From Zancudomyces culisetae HAW-14-8 (taxonomy: Eukaryota > Fungi > Kickxellomycota), in assembly GCA_052426225.1 (NCBI GenBank), contig JBNJNM010000008.1, forward strand, positions 1,550,001 to 1,614,000: 64,000 nt of DNA, written 5' to 3'. Position 1 is the stretch's first letter, and every line of letters begins with the position of its first letter. Below the pieces are notes generated by a model, which saw only the letters and a program-made list of their open reading frames with translations, searched no databases and had not been told where the DNA came from. The translations under genes were made by a program, and so were the position numbers. Below, one piece after another: positions 34,902 to 47,089 of this stretch.

Positions 34902-36754
34902 CTAGTTGAAAATATCTACAATGCTAACATCAAGCATGTTTATTCTATTTATATCAGTGGCAAATCTAACCCTAGAAACACCTCCGTCTGCATCTGTATC
35001 CCCACCTACATTTTTACCCGAGCTAATGTTAAAAAATGTATTAAGCCCACCAACAGACTGGTGTATGTTCTTGGCCATATCTATTAGCAATTCATTTCTC
35101 GGGTTTTCAATCGCAAAATTGTAGATATCTACAAACAGACTCAGCAAGTCCAAACATTTTATGCCAATTTGTTCACTACTATCCTTTTCAGCTAGCGAGT
35201 CTGGCTGTTGAGAGAGAGACTGAATACTCTCCGCTATAGATGCAAAAAAGTTAACCAAGTTGCAAAGGAGAGATATTACAGCTGGAACAGTTTCCATTAA
35301 ATTGGTTCCCAGTAGGCGAGTTAAACTGTAGTCGCTCTTTGAGTAACATAATAACACAAAATCCACCAGTCCTACAGTAACACCTGCTGCCTGAATTAGT
35401 AGCATCTCAACCAGCTTTTGTAACCTGACTTCAAGCTGTTGACATTCTTTTTCAGTTAAAGTGACAAAACTATACCCGCTTCCTTGAGTAATCAAGGTTT
35501 CAAGACTCTCCGACTTGCTCAAGACAGTATTTAAAAAAATGGCAGAAGTTTTTAAAGCAAAGTAATCAGCATCACCCCTCTCTGGCATCAAATGCTTGTC
35601 TTTTTCAGAGTTCAGCCGCTTAGTGCACGAATCTATTCTGACACTGATTTCTATGGCCGATAACCTCAACAAGATCTCAAAAGATTTCAAGTCACACGTT
35701 CCAAGTACAAACTCTGGCCAGCACTCAATAATATTGGAGTAGATGGAGATACATTTCAGTTTATATCTAATTCCTCTTTCAGAGTCTATTTTATGATAAA
35801 TTGTTTGTTGAAGCTACATATCATATTTACATCTGCCGAGCTTATCCATCTAAAAACGTTACAAAAAACAAGAAAACCCGATAAAATAAACACTATTCCA
35901 AACTTACCGTTCTTTTCTTGAAGAATAGGGATGAACGACTCAAGAAGCCGCTTGATTGGATTTTGAAGCTCTTCTACAGCACCTTCTTTTGACAACACAG
36001 TTTCGATAACTTCTTCGGTTAAACTCTCGAATATTTTGCCAATAGAGTCAAGCAACTCAAGTTGACTCTTTTTGTCGGCAGTAAAATAATATTCGCTAAT
36101 ATTATTTAGTAGTAGTACATAAGTCCGCGCCATACTAACGAGATCGTAGGAGCTGCTAATTTTGTCATCAGCTATGCCTTCCTGAATCTTCTTTGTCAAT
36201 AGAAGCAACACCCCGCATGATATATCAACAGCCTGTGTCTTGATTTCCAGGTTTTCGATATTATTAATTGATTTAAAATAGTCCTCCAACCATTCCGTGT
36301 TATCCAAGTCCAGCTCGTCAATGTCTTTAACCATCAGTAATACAAACAAGTTTTGGATCAATATTTCTGTAAATTGGTACCTGCCAAGAGCTCCACTTTT
36401 ACAGAGTGCTGGCAGCAAATCTAACATTTTTCTACTAGATCCGTTTTTTCCGTGGCAGACAAAGGTCGCTACCATATAGTTGGAAAGGAGTATATATTGT
36501 TCTCCCCGCTCACTGCCACGCATTAGCTCTTTAATTCCTGTATTTAAGAGTCGTTTTACGAATCTCCATTCTATTCTGTCAAATGCGTATTTTATTGCTT
36601 CCTCCGGCTGCTCACTATTCCCAAGAATGTAAGGCAAAACCATTAATCCAGATATTTTTTCGTCGTCGGTCGTTTTTTTCCCTAAAAGCTTTACACATTT
36701 CAGCAGTTCGACATTTGGAACGAATTTATCCATCTTTTTTGTTTGCGCATTCAT
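34902..36754 (-). CDS. Neurochondrin-family armadillo-like protein (2 exons)
   Basis: N-terminus LLKCVKLLG..TDDEKISGLMVL...AFDRIEWRFVKRLLNTG resembles the neurochondrin consensus. Intron 35907-35786 (GTAAGT...TAG) joins the two ORFs in frame. Confidence 0.7.
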
Positions 36755-37449
36755 TCTGTATATTATCTCAACGAAATAATGCTTAACAGGGTCTTTGTTT
36801 AGTCAGTTATGGTTTTATTTTGCCGAAACTTTATTAGATTCGCTTTTGATTTGAAAAAATTAAGCAGAAAAAAATGCTCTAAAAATCTTCTATTATTGAG
36901 CATTAAAGCAAAGGCAGACAAAAGTTCACGTTAAATTGTACCGAGTACTAAGGAAACGCCATTATGAGCGAACAGGCTATGCAGTAGTATACAAGCAACT
37001 GGTATTAAGTGAGGGCCACAACAAAAAAAGGTACTTCATAGTTGCTGCTAGTGCATGTTGAGTTCACTCAAATAAAAAACGTCACGCCTCTATAATTATT
37101 GGGAGGAGGAGAGGGGAGAGAGGGGAGAGAGGGGGTGGGATCAGTGGTCAGGTTTTGTAATGAATAATTTTTACTATTCTTATTGCGCAAGTAACTTTCG
37201 CCAAAAGGAAAAGCGGGTATGCATTGTATCTATGATAGCGGAAATAGTACAAGAACAAAGCTGGTTAGTTATATATACACCATGCTAGTTTTCGCTAAAT
37301 GGAAAAAAAAAAAGATTTCTTGGCAGTTCTAATTGAGGTCATCAAATCAAGAAAAATCAAAAGCTAGTTGCTAATATACATTAGTTTTTACAACGAATAT
37401 GATAAAAGAACACGGAATGATTGTTTTAGACGAAGGATCAAACAATTGG

Positions 37450-37980
37450 TCAGAAAAGCATTGTACTGGATAGCTTTGTGTCAAATGGCTCGTCTAAGGT
37501 TGACGAACCATCATCTGAAGAAAGAACAAGAGATGCTGTCTGAAAACTCAGTACATTTCCCACGCTTTCTGATAACTCTATACTTCTTACACTAATGATA
37601 CTCGAAAACATTTCACTGGTCTCATCAGGATGGTTGGGATATATCAAAGAATAGCTTGTCACCTCCTCTTCCTCCTCCCGATCAACAGTCTCTTCATCAA
37701 AAAGATGATATTCAGGTGGTGGCTCACTCGGTAGAGCAGAGTTGTGTAACTGCCCACCCATGTTTGACCGCCCAAACCGAGTTACTAATGTGCTATTTAT
37801 ATACGAGCTAAAAGATAATGGATTGGGTCGCATAGTGCTGTAGTAGCTTTCTGTCATGCTGAAGCTTCGTATGCTCGATGCCGGAGTATCTTCTGCACTG
37901 GACACATAGTTGGAGCTTGTGCTTAGCCGCCTTGATGCTAAACTTTTACCGTTTTTTCTACGGGTACACCATTGTTTTTT
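37450..37980 (-). CDS. Hypothetical Ser-rich protein with PPxY motif (5' end unresolved)
   Basis: Open frame of about 175 codons in otherwise stop-rich DNA, containing PSEPPPEY. Frame closed by TAA at 37986, so it needs an upstream exon or a downstream ATG. Confidence 0.4.
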   Translation of the reverse strand, partial: KKQWCTRRKNGKSLASRRLSTSSNYVSSAEDTPASSIRSFSMTESYYSTMRPNPLSFSSYINSTLVTRFGRSNMGGQLHNSALPSEPPPEYHLFDEETVDREEEEEVTSYSLIYPNHPDETSEMFSSIISVRSIELSESVGNVLSFQTASLVLSSDDGSSTLDEPFDTKLSSTMLF

Positions 37981-39579
37981 CTTTTAGAAGGATCAGGTAT
38001 ACAAAAAATGAACGAATAAGTACAACCATATTCCTCGTATTAATCGGTACTGTTATATATACACCTACTTCATTAAGGAAATATTCCTTATTATACTTTT
38101 TCTGCGTGTGTAGTTATTCTTCGGAGTTTCCAGCGATCTCTGGTGTTTGTGTACATATTTTATAAATGTCTGGAGAGAAGTAGTGGTTGTATGTGCACCA
38201 TTCACGCCTATTTTCAGCAATTATGACATAAATAGATTTTTTTGTGTCTATTAGTTTGTATAAGGCAAAAATATTAAACTTTACCTTGGTTTTTTGCCAC
38301 ATTTATAGTAAAGCGTGTTCTGTCTGCTTTCAAACCCGGTTTTCTTGTGCTAAAATTAGTTTGAGCGATATCTCCTTAGATACTACATAATTTTACAAAG
38401 AAATTATGCTATTTACCTTAACTTTGTTTTTTTTCCTTTTGGCGTTTTCCATTTATATAGCAAATACAAAAGAGTTGCTCCAGAGCAAATAGCTATTGCC
38501 AATCTCGTAAAGTAAAGATTCCCATTCTATTTACATTTTTAACGTTTATGAATTATAAAACTCATTTAAGTTGTTCCTTTAAATTTATCTCAAAATCAAG
38601 GTATATATCTCTACTGTCTACACTAGTCTTATTATTTTTTATTATGGCCAAAGTCTAGCAGGTAAAATGCAAACGTGAATTGTGTTATTTTTTTTTCTTA
38701 CAATCTTCATTATCCGACGATTATGTTATTCGTTCCACCAGTGTGTTATTTCATAGCCGTTTATACATTCATTCGTAGTGTGAATTAATTTACTTGTCTT
38801 GTTTTTATGTTAATATCGATATTTGCGACATCATATAAAATGTTCGATTCAAAGCGGTATCTGATAACACCTATGCCATTGTTTCTAACTTTTTTTAAAT
38901 GACTGGCAATTGGAATCAAGCCAGTAAGAAATAAAGGATACTGGAAGCCAACAGCCTATGAAAGAATAGTGTTGTAATATCCCACCAATATCCAGTGTTT
39001 CGTTTATGCTTACATATTTTGTATGTTTCCACCACCATCACAAAGCAACATCAAAAAAAGCGAAATGAAAAAAGACGGATGGTGCAAACGCTTACCTTGA
39101 AGGTTTTAGTGGAAATAAACTAATAGAAGACAGAGAGGTATACAGATATATAGAAAGAATGCTTATGGGCTGTTCATTAGTGATATTATTACTTCATGTG
39201 TACATACTCGGACTATCTGCTTTAAATTTGGATTCTTTTCACCAAAACAGATAACCAAGGACATTGTGACCTGAAGAAATTGTAAGTGCATTGAAAAAAA
39301 GAGACAATACTTTCTTTTTGTATTCCTTTTGGTATTCTAGGCAAGTGGAAGCATAAATATTTCATCAGGTTGTTCTATTTAGACAACTTGCTCGTTTTTT
39401 CATTTTTTCAATTGGTGCTGGTTTGTTTAAAACTGGTTATCCATTTTTATTCGTTTATTTATTTAATGGAAGCTGGTGCTATTATTTTTCCTCTACTAAA
39501 AAAAATTAGGGGCTTATTACAACTTGGCATTTTTCGTAATACAGGAATATCCAATCTTTCGTATAACAGTAGAAAAACG

Positions 39580-40825
39580 ATGAGTCGATCCAAAAGTGAT
39601 GGGTAAGGAAAAAACTAAATCGCGAATCTGTTTTTTTATCAAAAGCTAAGACCAAAAATTTCTAAAATCTAGAAGCGATGCGGAGACTGGTGACTCGGGG
39701 AATCCCATGGGTGCATTTGCTGCCACCATTCTGAGCACGTTTAATGAGCTGAAAAAGGTTAGTCACAAAAAATGCCTTTTCTTTTTTTTTTATTTTTGTT
39801 TTTTTTTACTTACAGCAAAACATTCCCATCATCTTTAAAATATCTGTATGCTAAAATATGCCTACAATCATCGTAATTATTACGAAATTTAGACCTTAGA
39901 CGAAAATGAAAAAAAGACGGCTCTCATGGTGGGCACCCTGAACTCGATGATTGAGAGCTCTACGAAAAAAAACATTTCAATAAGTGAGTCGAATTGTGTA
40001 TTTTGAGCTGAAAAATAAATGTGGTACAGTATCTATGACAGAAAACTGTTACTAAAGATAATTATTGTCACCATAGAACTACAGCTTGACGGGGCTTATG
40101 AAGAATCTTTAGTTGTTCAGCCTGGCTCATCAATTCTCAAAGTAGACTTAACAATAAGCAATGAAAATAAGCTACCTCTTAATAATTCGCAGATTGCTAT
40201 TGTATTTTTTGAGAACGGTCAAAACCTAAGACTATATGAACATGACTCTGTAGAAAGTAAAGATAGCATCAACCCGATTCAATGGCAAACGCAGAACAAT
40301 TCGGCCGACAACGGATTTACCATAACCAGCAGCGTCTTTTCCGTCGAACCTGAAAAAACGCAGAGCACTTATTCCTATATCGCATTAGAAAAGCTTGGCC
40401 AGATTTCTGGAAGTATGAACTTTACTTTTAGCATTACAGGGGTACCCCAGCCCATAAAAATTACACATAACTTTCTCGTTTATCTAATATACCAGCTTTC
40501 CAGGGGATACATAGATATCAACAATCAACAGACAGAACCCGTAGACCTGTCTGGTGATTTGGAGAGTAATACCTTCAATATAAAGCTAGGTGTTCTTAGA
40601 TCGCTTTTCGGTATTCCGCATGTCCTTGGAATTACCAAGGATATATCTTTGTGTTTCAAAGCAGATAAGTGTGCCACACAGGGACTTTATTTCAGGCCGA
40701 TTAATTTTATTGGTGATACTGTTGCAGAATGCACATGGGTCAGCCTGGATAAAAGTTTAGATGATATGAGGCTTTATTCCCATGCTTCTACACTTGTTAA
40801 AGAAATGCAAAATGTAGTATTATAG
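39580..40825 (+). CDS. Hypothetical protein (4 exons)
   Basis: Three introns (GTAAGG, GTTAGT and GTGAGT donors, TAG acceptors) join in frame: MSRSKSDG|SDAETG...NELKK|TLDENEKK...KNISI|KLQLDGAY. No family recognised. Confidence 0.65.
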
Positions 40826-43310
40826 AAATGTGTGTACTTTTCCGGTTTTACAGTTAATTTCTTTTTGTGTGTTTATAATCAACTGATCCTAGCATGCAAT
40901 AAAGCTCTTAAAGACAGCCCTGCATTGTTTGAATTATGAAGTGCGTGCTTTGTACACTCGTATTGTAAAATCAAATTAATTTTCGTTGTTTCTTCCACAA
41001 TTTACAGAATGAATGTTGTGAGTTGTCAATTCCATTTAACCACGTACTTGGTTAAACTTTCAAACGTTTTCTGCACTGGTGGAAAGTAAACCAAACATAT
41101 AGAATATTTTACATTACTTTTTGTCTACATCTAGAAAATCTCGCAGGATTCTTAGGTCGCTTCCATTAAATAGCGATGAATGACGGCTCTAAATGGGGTC
41201 ATTGAAGTGATACCGACTATCAATTTTCGCTTGGCAAGCTACGGGAAAAAGCACTCAATCTATCATTTTAATCATAAACATTGTGTACAGATTATCTTGT
41301 GCAATCTCTAGCTAAATACTACATTTGCATTTGCATTTGCATGTTTTTTTGAAAAAATCAATGTTTATTGTGAAGGCATGAACTGATAAATGCTAACACA
41401 CACTATAAAAAGCTATATACCAGCAATTTTGAATAACTTTATAATATTCTACTTGCGTACATTGTATTTAATACTGGTTTAAACAATCTTCCATTTCATG
41501 TCAACCACTTACAAACAGAATTTTATGCTTATACTGAATAGAGAACATCAAATGCCATATGATCCCCATTCCATTATTACATACTTTCTCTTTATATATT
41601 TTGTTTTTTTTGTTAAACAGACTCCAGCAATTGGGCTATCTCTACGGAAATAATTCTTAGACCCATTTACAAATTATTATATCCAGACTGGAATAGGATT
41701 TTCAAAAGATAATCGCAGAATAAATTTAGCCGCAAACTAATTTGACTAAAACACTCAATGTTCCCTCAGCTTAATGCTTTTCTCAACAGATACCTTTTTA
41801 CAAAAAAAGCAATAACGAAGATTGGATATAAACATAAATGTAAAGATCTATACATTCCGTTTTAAAGCCATAAATAAGTTGACTAGCCCAATTTACAGAG
41901 GAAAATGAATACGGCTCTACCACATTTGCTCAACATATAAATTCTTGGATAGCGTGGGTTAGGTTTGAAAAGTAGCATATTTCATAAATTGGTGAGTTTG
42001 ATTGCAGCGTTCTAATTTTCTATTGAACTTTTAAGCCCAAAAACATAAAAGGGTCAACTTTTGTCACTTTGAAGGAATGAAGGGCATAAAAATAAATCCT
42101 ATAGTTAGCTACATTCAGCACATTTTTGGTGTACAATATTCATTTTATGAACATCAATAAAAAAAATAACACACTAATACTGGAAAGAAAATATCTATCA
42201 TATTTCCCCACATAAATCTCGTTGGAAAAAAAATGAATGTAAGGATTATCCTAATCATCATACTCCATATTTTACCTTTTTGTTTAATGTTTTAATAGTG
42301 CCCTGAAATTCACCTATTTATTTTTTCCAAGGAAATAAGAAATACATTTTTGAGTTGTTGTTGCTTAGAAACAGATACATTTCCACCAATTACTAGCCAA
42401 AAAGCAGACATTTTAAAAAAATATACACGCTAAGGGCACAAAGCTCAAGCTCAATGTCATTAAAATGTAGCATTCGAAGTCAAGTAAGTTTAATTTAACA
42501 AAATGGGGAAAAGTTTAGAATCTCCAACTAAACGAATAATGCACATTAAACCTGTGCAGTATTTTAGTGCGTTTAACTACTTGCCCTGGCGCAAAGTAGT
42601 GTACATCAACATATTTGGTATGAACCCTGATAAATCTTTCAGTTGTAATACTGCTAAAATATGTGGAACATCCAGCGTAATTACAGGAGTATAATTCTGT
42701 GACTAGCTCCAGCAAAATTACAAAACTAAATGCTGAAATAATATCTTAAAAAGCAAAAGAAAAAGTACAATTATCTGGTGGGAGTAAGAATCCAGCACAT
42801 CTATATCTGGGGGAGGGGAGGGGGGGGGGGTGGATTAGGCTATGACCATATCTTTCACTATTTTACTACCATTTTTTTTAGACCTCTACTCGCATTATTC
42901 AAATAAATACGGATTTCAAAGTACATTACACACTTCAGCCTACAATTTTCTTTTTGCTAGTAGACATTAAAGAATGGTACAGTCAGTGTAACACAACAGT
43001 AAAACAAACCCAGTTGGTTGTCGTATCTCAGATCGTTTAACCTTTAAAACATATAAATACTTTCAAGTGAAAAAAATAATCTTGTTTATACATAAGGGTA
43101 CTTTTTGCTGCTTGCTTGAGTGCACTTGAAAACCCATTTGTTTTGTTGCGAGGAAATATATTTTAAACTTAATTAAAAATATCTACCCAGCTTAAATAGC
43201 AAGCTAAACACCTATCCAAGTTATAAACTTCAAAAAACTTCTCCTAAAAGGTTTTTCAGATAATAAAAGTTGGAAAGGGTGTTGACGGGAATCTATTACT
43301 AGGTTAAAAT

Positions 43311-46300
43311 ATGAGCAATAACGAAAATGCGGCTCCAAACCCGCAGTTGAGCGAATCCTTCCAAGCCGTATGGGAGTTGAGATGTAAACACTGTCAAACT
43401 TTTTGGAGTTCCAGAGGGATGGAGGTAAGGAATATGAAATATCTATACTGAAACATTTGTGGCAAGATAAAATAGTGAGCACTATTAGCTATATGATTTT
43501 TTCATGGCTTTCCAAAACGAATTATGCTATATAAAAACTACTAATATTAGGCTGTTGTTATGGCTAGACCTGCCATAAGGTGTTATTCCACGGATTTGCC
43601 ACCACTTGGTTGCGATATACTATACCCAGCACTTTCAGAGTCACTGCTAAAGCTTGTCTCAGAATCTACGGGCTCGGAAAGCAGGGATCTCACTTATCAT
43701 GCGCGAAGATTTGACTCGACACCATCAGGACCATGTGAGTGCCATGTGCAAGACATAGGCTGCTTAGGATGGTAAGTATTCTATTCACCTTGTTTGTAAC
43801 GTATATCTTTTTTTAGTTTTGTGTAGACCATGCTTGAGGTTTTAAATTTTAAAAAACTAGGTTCAACTATAACTTATTCTGGTATTACAAAATTTCAAAT
43901 ACAAATAGCGGAAATGTGGTGGGGTATTACATACATAGACCCTGTTTTAGGTGTCTAGCGCAGAGATTACGAATCAGACAAAGAGGATATCAGCACCTAT
44001 GGACATTTTATCAAGATTCGGTATCCGTTACCCAAAGATCAAAAAAAAATGGAGAGCCAATCGGATGGAGTGAACTACCACAGTCATCCAACGGTCCTGT
44101 ATCAGCAGACTTGCGATCAAGCACGACTCAGCAAACCTCTAGGGCAACAAATGACGACTTACGCGTAACAAACCCTTATATTAGAAGGGAAGTAATAACG
44201 TCTGATGTGCATGGGGGAGTGGTGGGAACACGTCTCGTACCAGTAGATATAGAAACTACAAGAGCAACACTGCTAGAGAGGATAGCGGAGTTGCACCCAG
44301 ATCTTCGGGTTCCATTTCCGGCTTTGCGGGAAAATAATGCAAGCACACAAGAGAGAATAATAGAAGGAACAGAAAATATTATGGCCCACATACTCAGAGC
44401 AAGAAGAAACAGCAGCATAAATAGGGAAAGAAGCAATGCTATATCTACACACAATCCCGAAACGAGCAGCCGTGATCGCGAAAGGATGCCACCCAACCCA
44501 TTACACTTGGTAGGACCAGCATGGATATCTCAGTTAAATGCATCTTTTATCAATCGCCCGTGTAGCACAGATCAACTCTCCTCCAGCAGCGCAAGTAGCG
44601 AAGCCACGGACAGTGAGATTCAAAGCTTGGAGAGAACGCAACTGCAGCCATATGTATTTGGAGGGTTTGATGATAAAACTGGTTATCGCGTTATGCAATC
44701 AAGAAAATTCTTTGATTCCCAAGCTACACTTAATGGTATTCCGCAAGCAGAAATGAACGATAAGTTTGGAGTGAGAAACTTTGATAAGTTTAGTACAGAA
44801 AGCTATGAAGAAATGGATTGTCGAATTAGAAAAATGAAGATAATAGAAACACATGCGGAGAAAAGACATCATGCTGAGAAGGTACTTTCCAGTCCAAGAT
44901 CAACCAGAGCTGCACGCATGGAAGCAGCACGCGTTCTCGCCAAAATCCGAGAGCAAGAAACCGTTGTGACAAAAATGAAGCCAGGAGAGTTTAAATCTCT
45001 TCCGTGTCTTAATGCATTTATACCAGAGCAAGATTCGCTTTGTTCTGGTTTGCACAATAATCTTAGCGGTAAGTTTGGGTCAGTACTCGAGAAATCAGCA
45101 TCTAGTAACGATTTATCAGCAGCCTCTACAAATACTGAGGTAACTAAAACTATCAAGCTTGCTTGTGAGAGAAACCTCTTGAAAAACAAGAAGAGTACAT
45201 ATTTGCATAGTGGGGTGTACACAGAAAGAGAGCTTGAATCAAACCAGTTCAAGAGACCAACTTCCAAAGGCATGAAGGGGGTTGAAAGGATGGCAGGAAA
45301 AAGACAATATGATACCGAAACCAATAGCAGCGAATCCGAGTATGAAAGTCTAGATAAAGAATATACTATAAATCTTGATGGTACAGCTGTGAGTTTTGGG
45401 TTTCGTCACCTGACACTTGCTGCAAAGCTATTTATAGTCTTGGAAAATAATACTACAAGAAATACAAAAATTCGAAAAGATGAACTAAAGGAGATTGGCG
45501 AGAAAGTATTTATAAAAAACCTGTTTAGCATAGCCATGGATATCAAAAACAGGGAAAAGGGTTTGAACGCTGAAAACAAGAATCTGGGTGCTGGTGTAGA
45601 AACATTCAGTGCTCAGAAGGTTGACACCGAATACTTTGAAAAAATAACTAGCTTAGACCCAGCTGTTGAGTGCACTACTCTGTATGATCGCGGTAAAATA
45701 ATACAACTTTCTGATATACATCCTAATACTGGTGGTCTTACTGGCACCACCAAGGTATCTAAAAACTCCACGCCTCATAACCATATCGATTTTGAACTTT
45801 TGACGAGGTATTCTCTTTTTAAAAACAGGTACTTAAAGAGGAATGGTGTTTCCAAGACGCACACTTTTTCAAAGTCTGCTGAAAATCATCATGCCTCCTT
45901 GGTTTTCGACAAAACAAGTGACAAGATAGATATTAAATCATCAGCTCAACAAAAGGGTAAAACAAAGGAAGTAAACAGTGTGTGCACAAAAAACACGGAG
46001 TCAGATGAAGCCATTGGGGCCTCTAGTTCTGGTCTAAATACCAATATAAATACAACCCAAACCAGAGAAGAACTCTCTTCACTCAAGCATCAAGATACTT
46101 ATGTCACATTGATGGAGCTTCTTACCAACAAAAGTACTTTATTGGGAAATCTATTTTCCAGCTTTCACGACAAGAACCTAAGATATTTCTTGATAAAAGA
46201 ACTTTCAAGATTACAAGGTAACAACCATCTGGTACAACATGAAACCTGTGAACAAGGGTTTTGTGGCAGCAGAAAATCAAATGATAAATTATGTGGTACA

Positions 46301-46714
46301 GTGAGAAAATCCTTAAAGAAAAACTGCAGGTATGCTAGAGATAGTGGTAGCGAAAGCTCAGGAGTTAGTTTTATGGGTGGGGAGCAAACAGAATATAGCC
46401 ATGAAATCAAAGCTGCCAACGAATATGATAAGAGCATTTCCACAGGCACAGAGAGTGATGAAAACAAGGACAGTGATAGCTATAGTTACAGTTACAGTTA
46501 CGGGAGTAGTAGTACTGGTGATAGTATTGATGTTTATATAAGCGGAACGAGGTGTGATGTGCTAAACACCCATCCCCATACTGGTCAAACAGATGCTGCT
46601 GGCCAAAATAACAAGCCAGCCGAAAAAAACATACCACATTCACTACAGGGCTGGCTACTACAGTCTGGAGTTGAAAGAATGTCCAAGATGGAAAACGCAA
46701 CCATATTTAGGTGA
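43311..46714 (+). CDS. FAM72-domain (Yippee-like Zn-binding) protein with a long C-terminal extension (3 exons)
   Basis: Exons 43311-43424, 43551-43771 and 43909-46714 give VWELRCKHCQTFWSSRGMEAVVMARPAIRCYSTDLPP...CECHVQDIGCLGCGNVVGYYIHRPCFRCL...HLWTFY. This matches the FAM72 pattern (C..C...SRGMKA...FSTD.PP...C.C...DIACL.CGN.VGY....PC..CL...H.WMF). Confidence 0.85.
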
Positions 46715-47089
46715 TTTTTTTAAAAGTAGACAAGTTAAAGGATCTTGGTTTCCATAAAAAAATGAAGAGAAGGTGGGAAATGGGAAATGGGAAATGGCGA
46801 GAGAAAAGTAGGCGATAGGAGTAGCAAAAGTTATTTGTTAGTTTAGTTAGTTTAGTTAGTTTGTTTGTAGTGACAGTTATCATCGTTTGGCCAAGTTTAT
46901 AGGGTGTGATATGTAAAAATTTGGGTAAAGCTTGTAAATAGTCCTTTATTCGTTTTTATTAGCTAAGAATAAGGTTACTCACAATAAATTCAAAATACAA
47001 GAAAACTAAACTATCATCATGTCAACATAACTCCTTGCCCTACATTTCAGGCAGTACATATACACAAGTCAGACACAGTACGAGATAGT

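Noticed and set aside
40830-43300. Possible gene in the 2.5-kb gap upstream of the FAM72 gene
   Set aside because: Only ORFs under 100 aa without recognisable motifs or a consistent exon chain.
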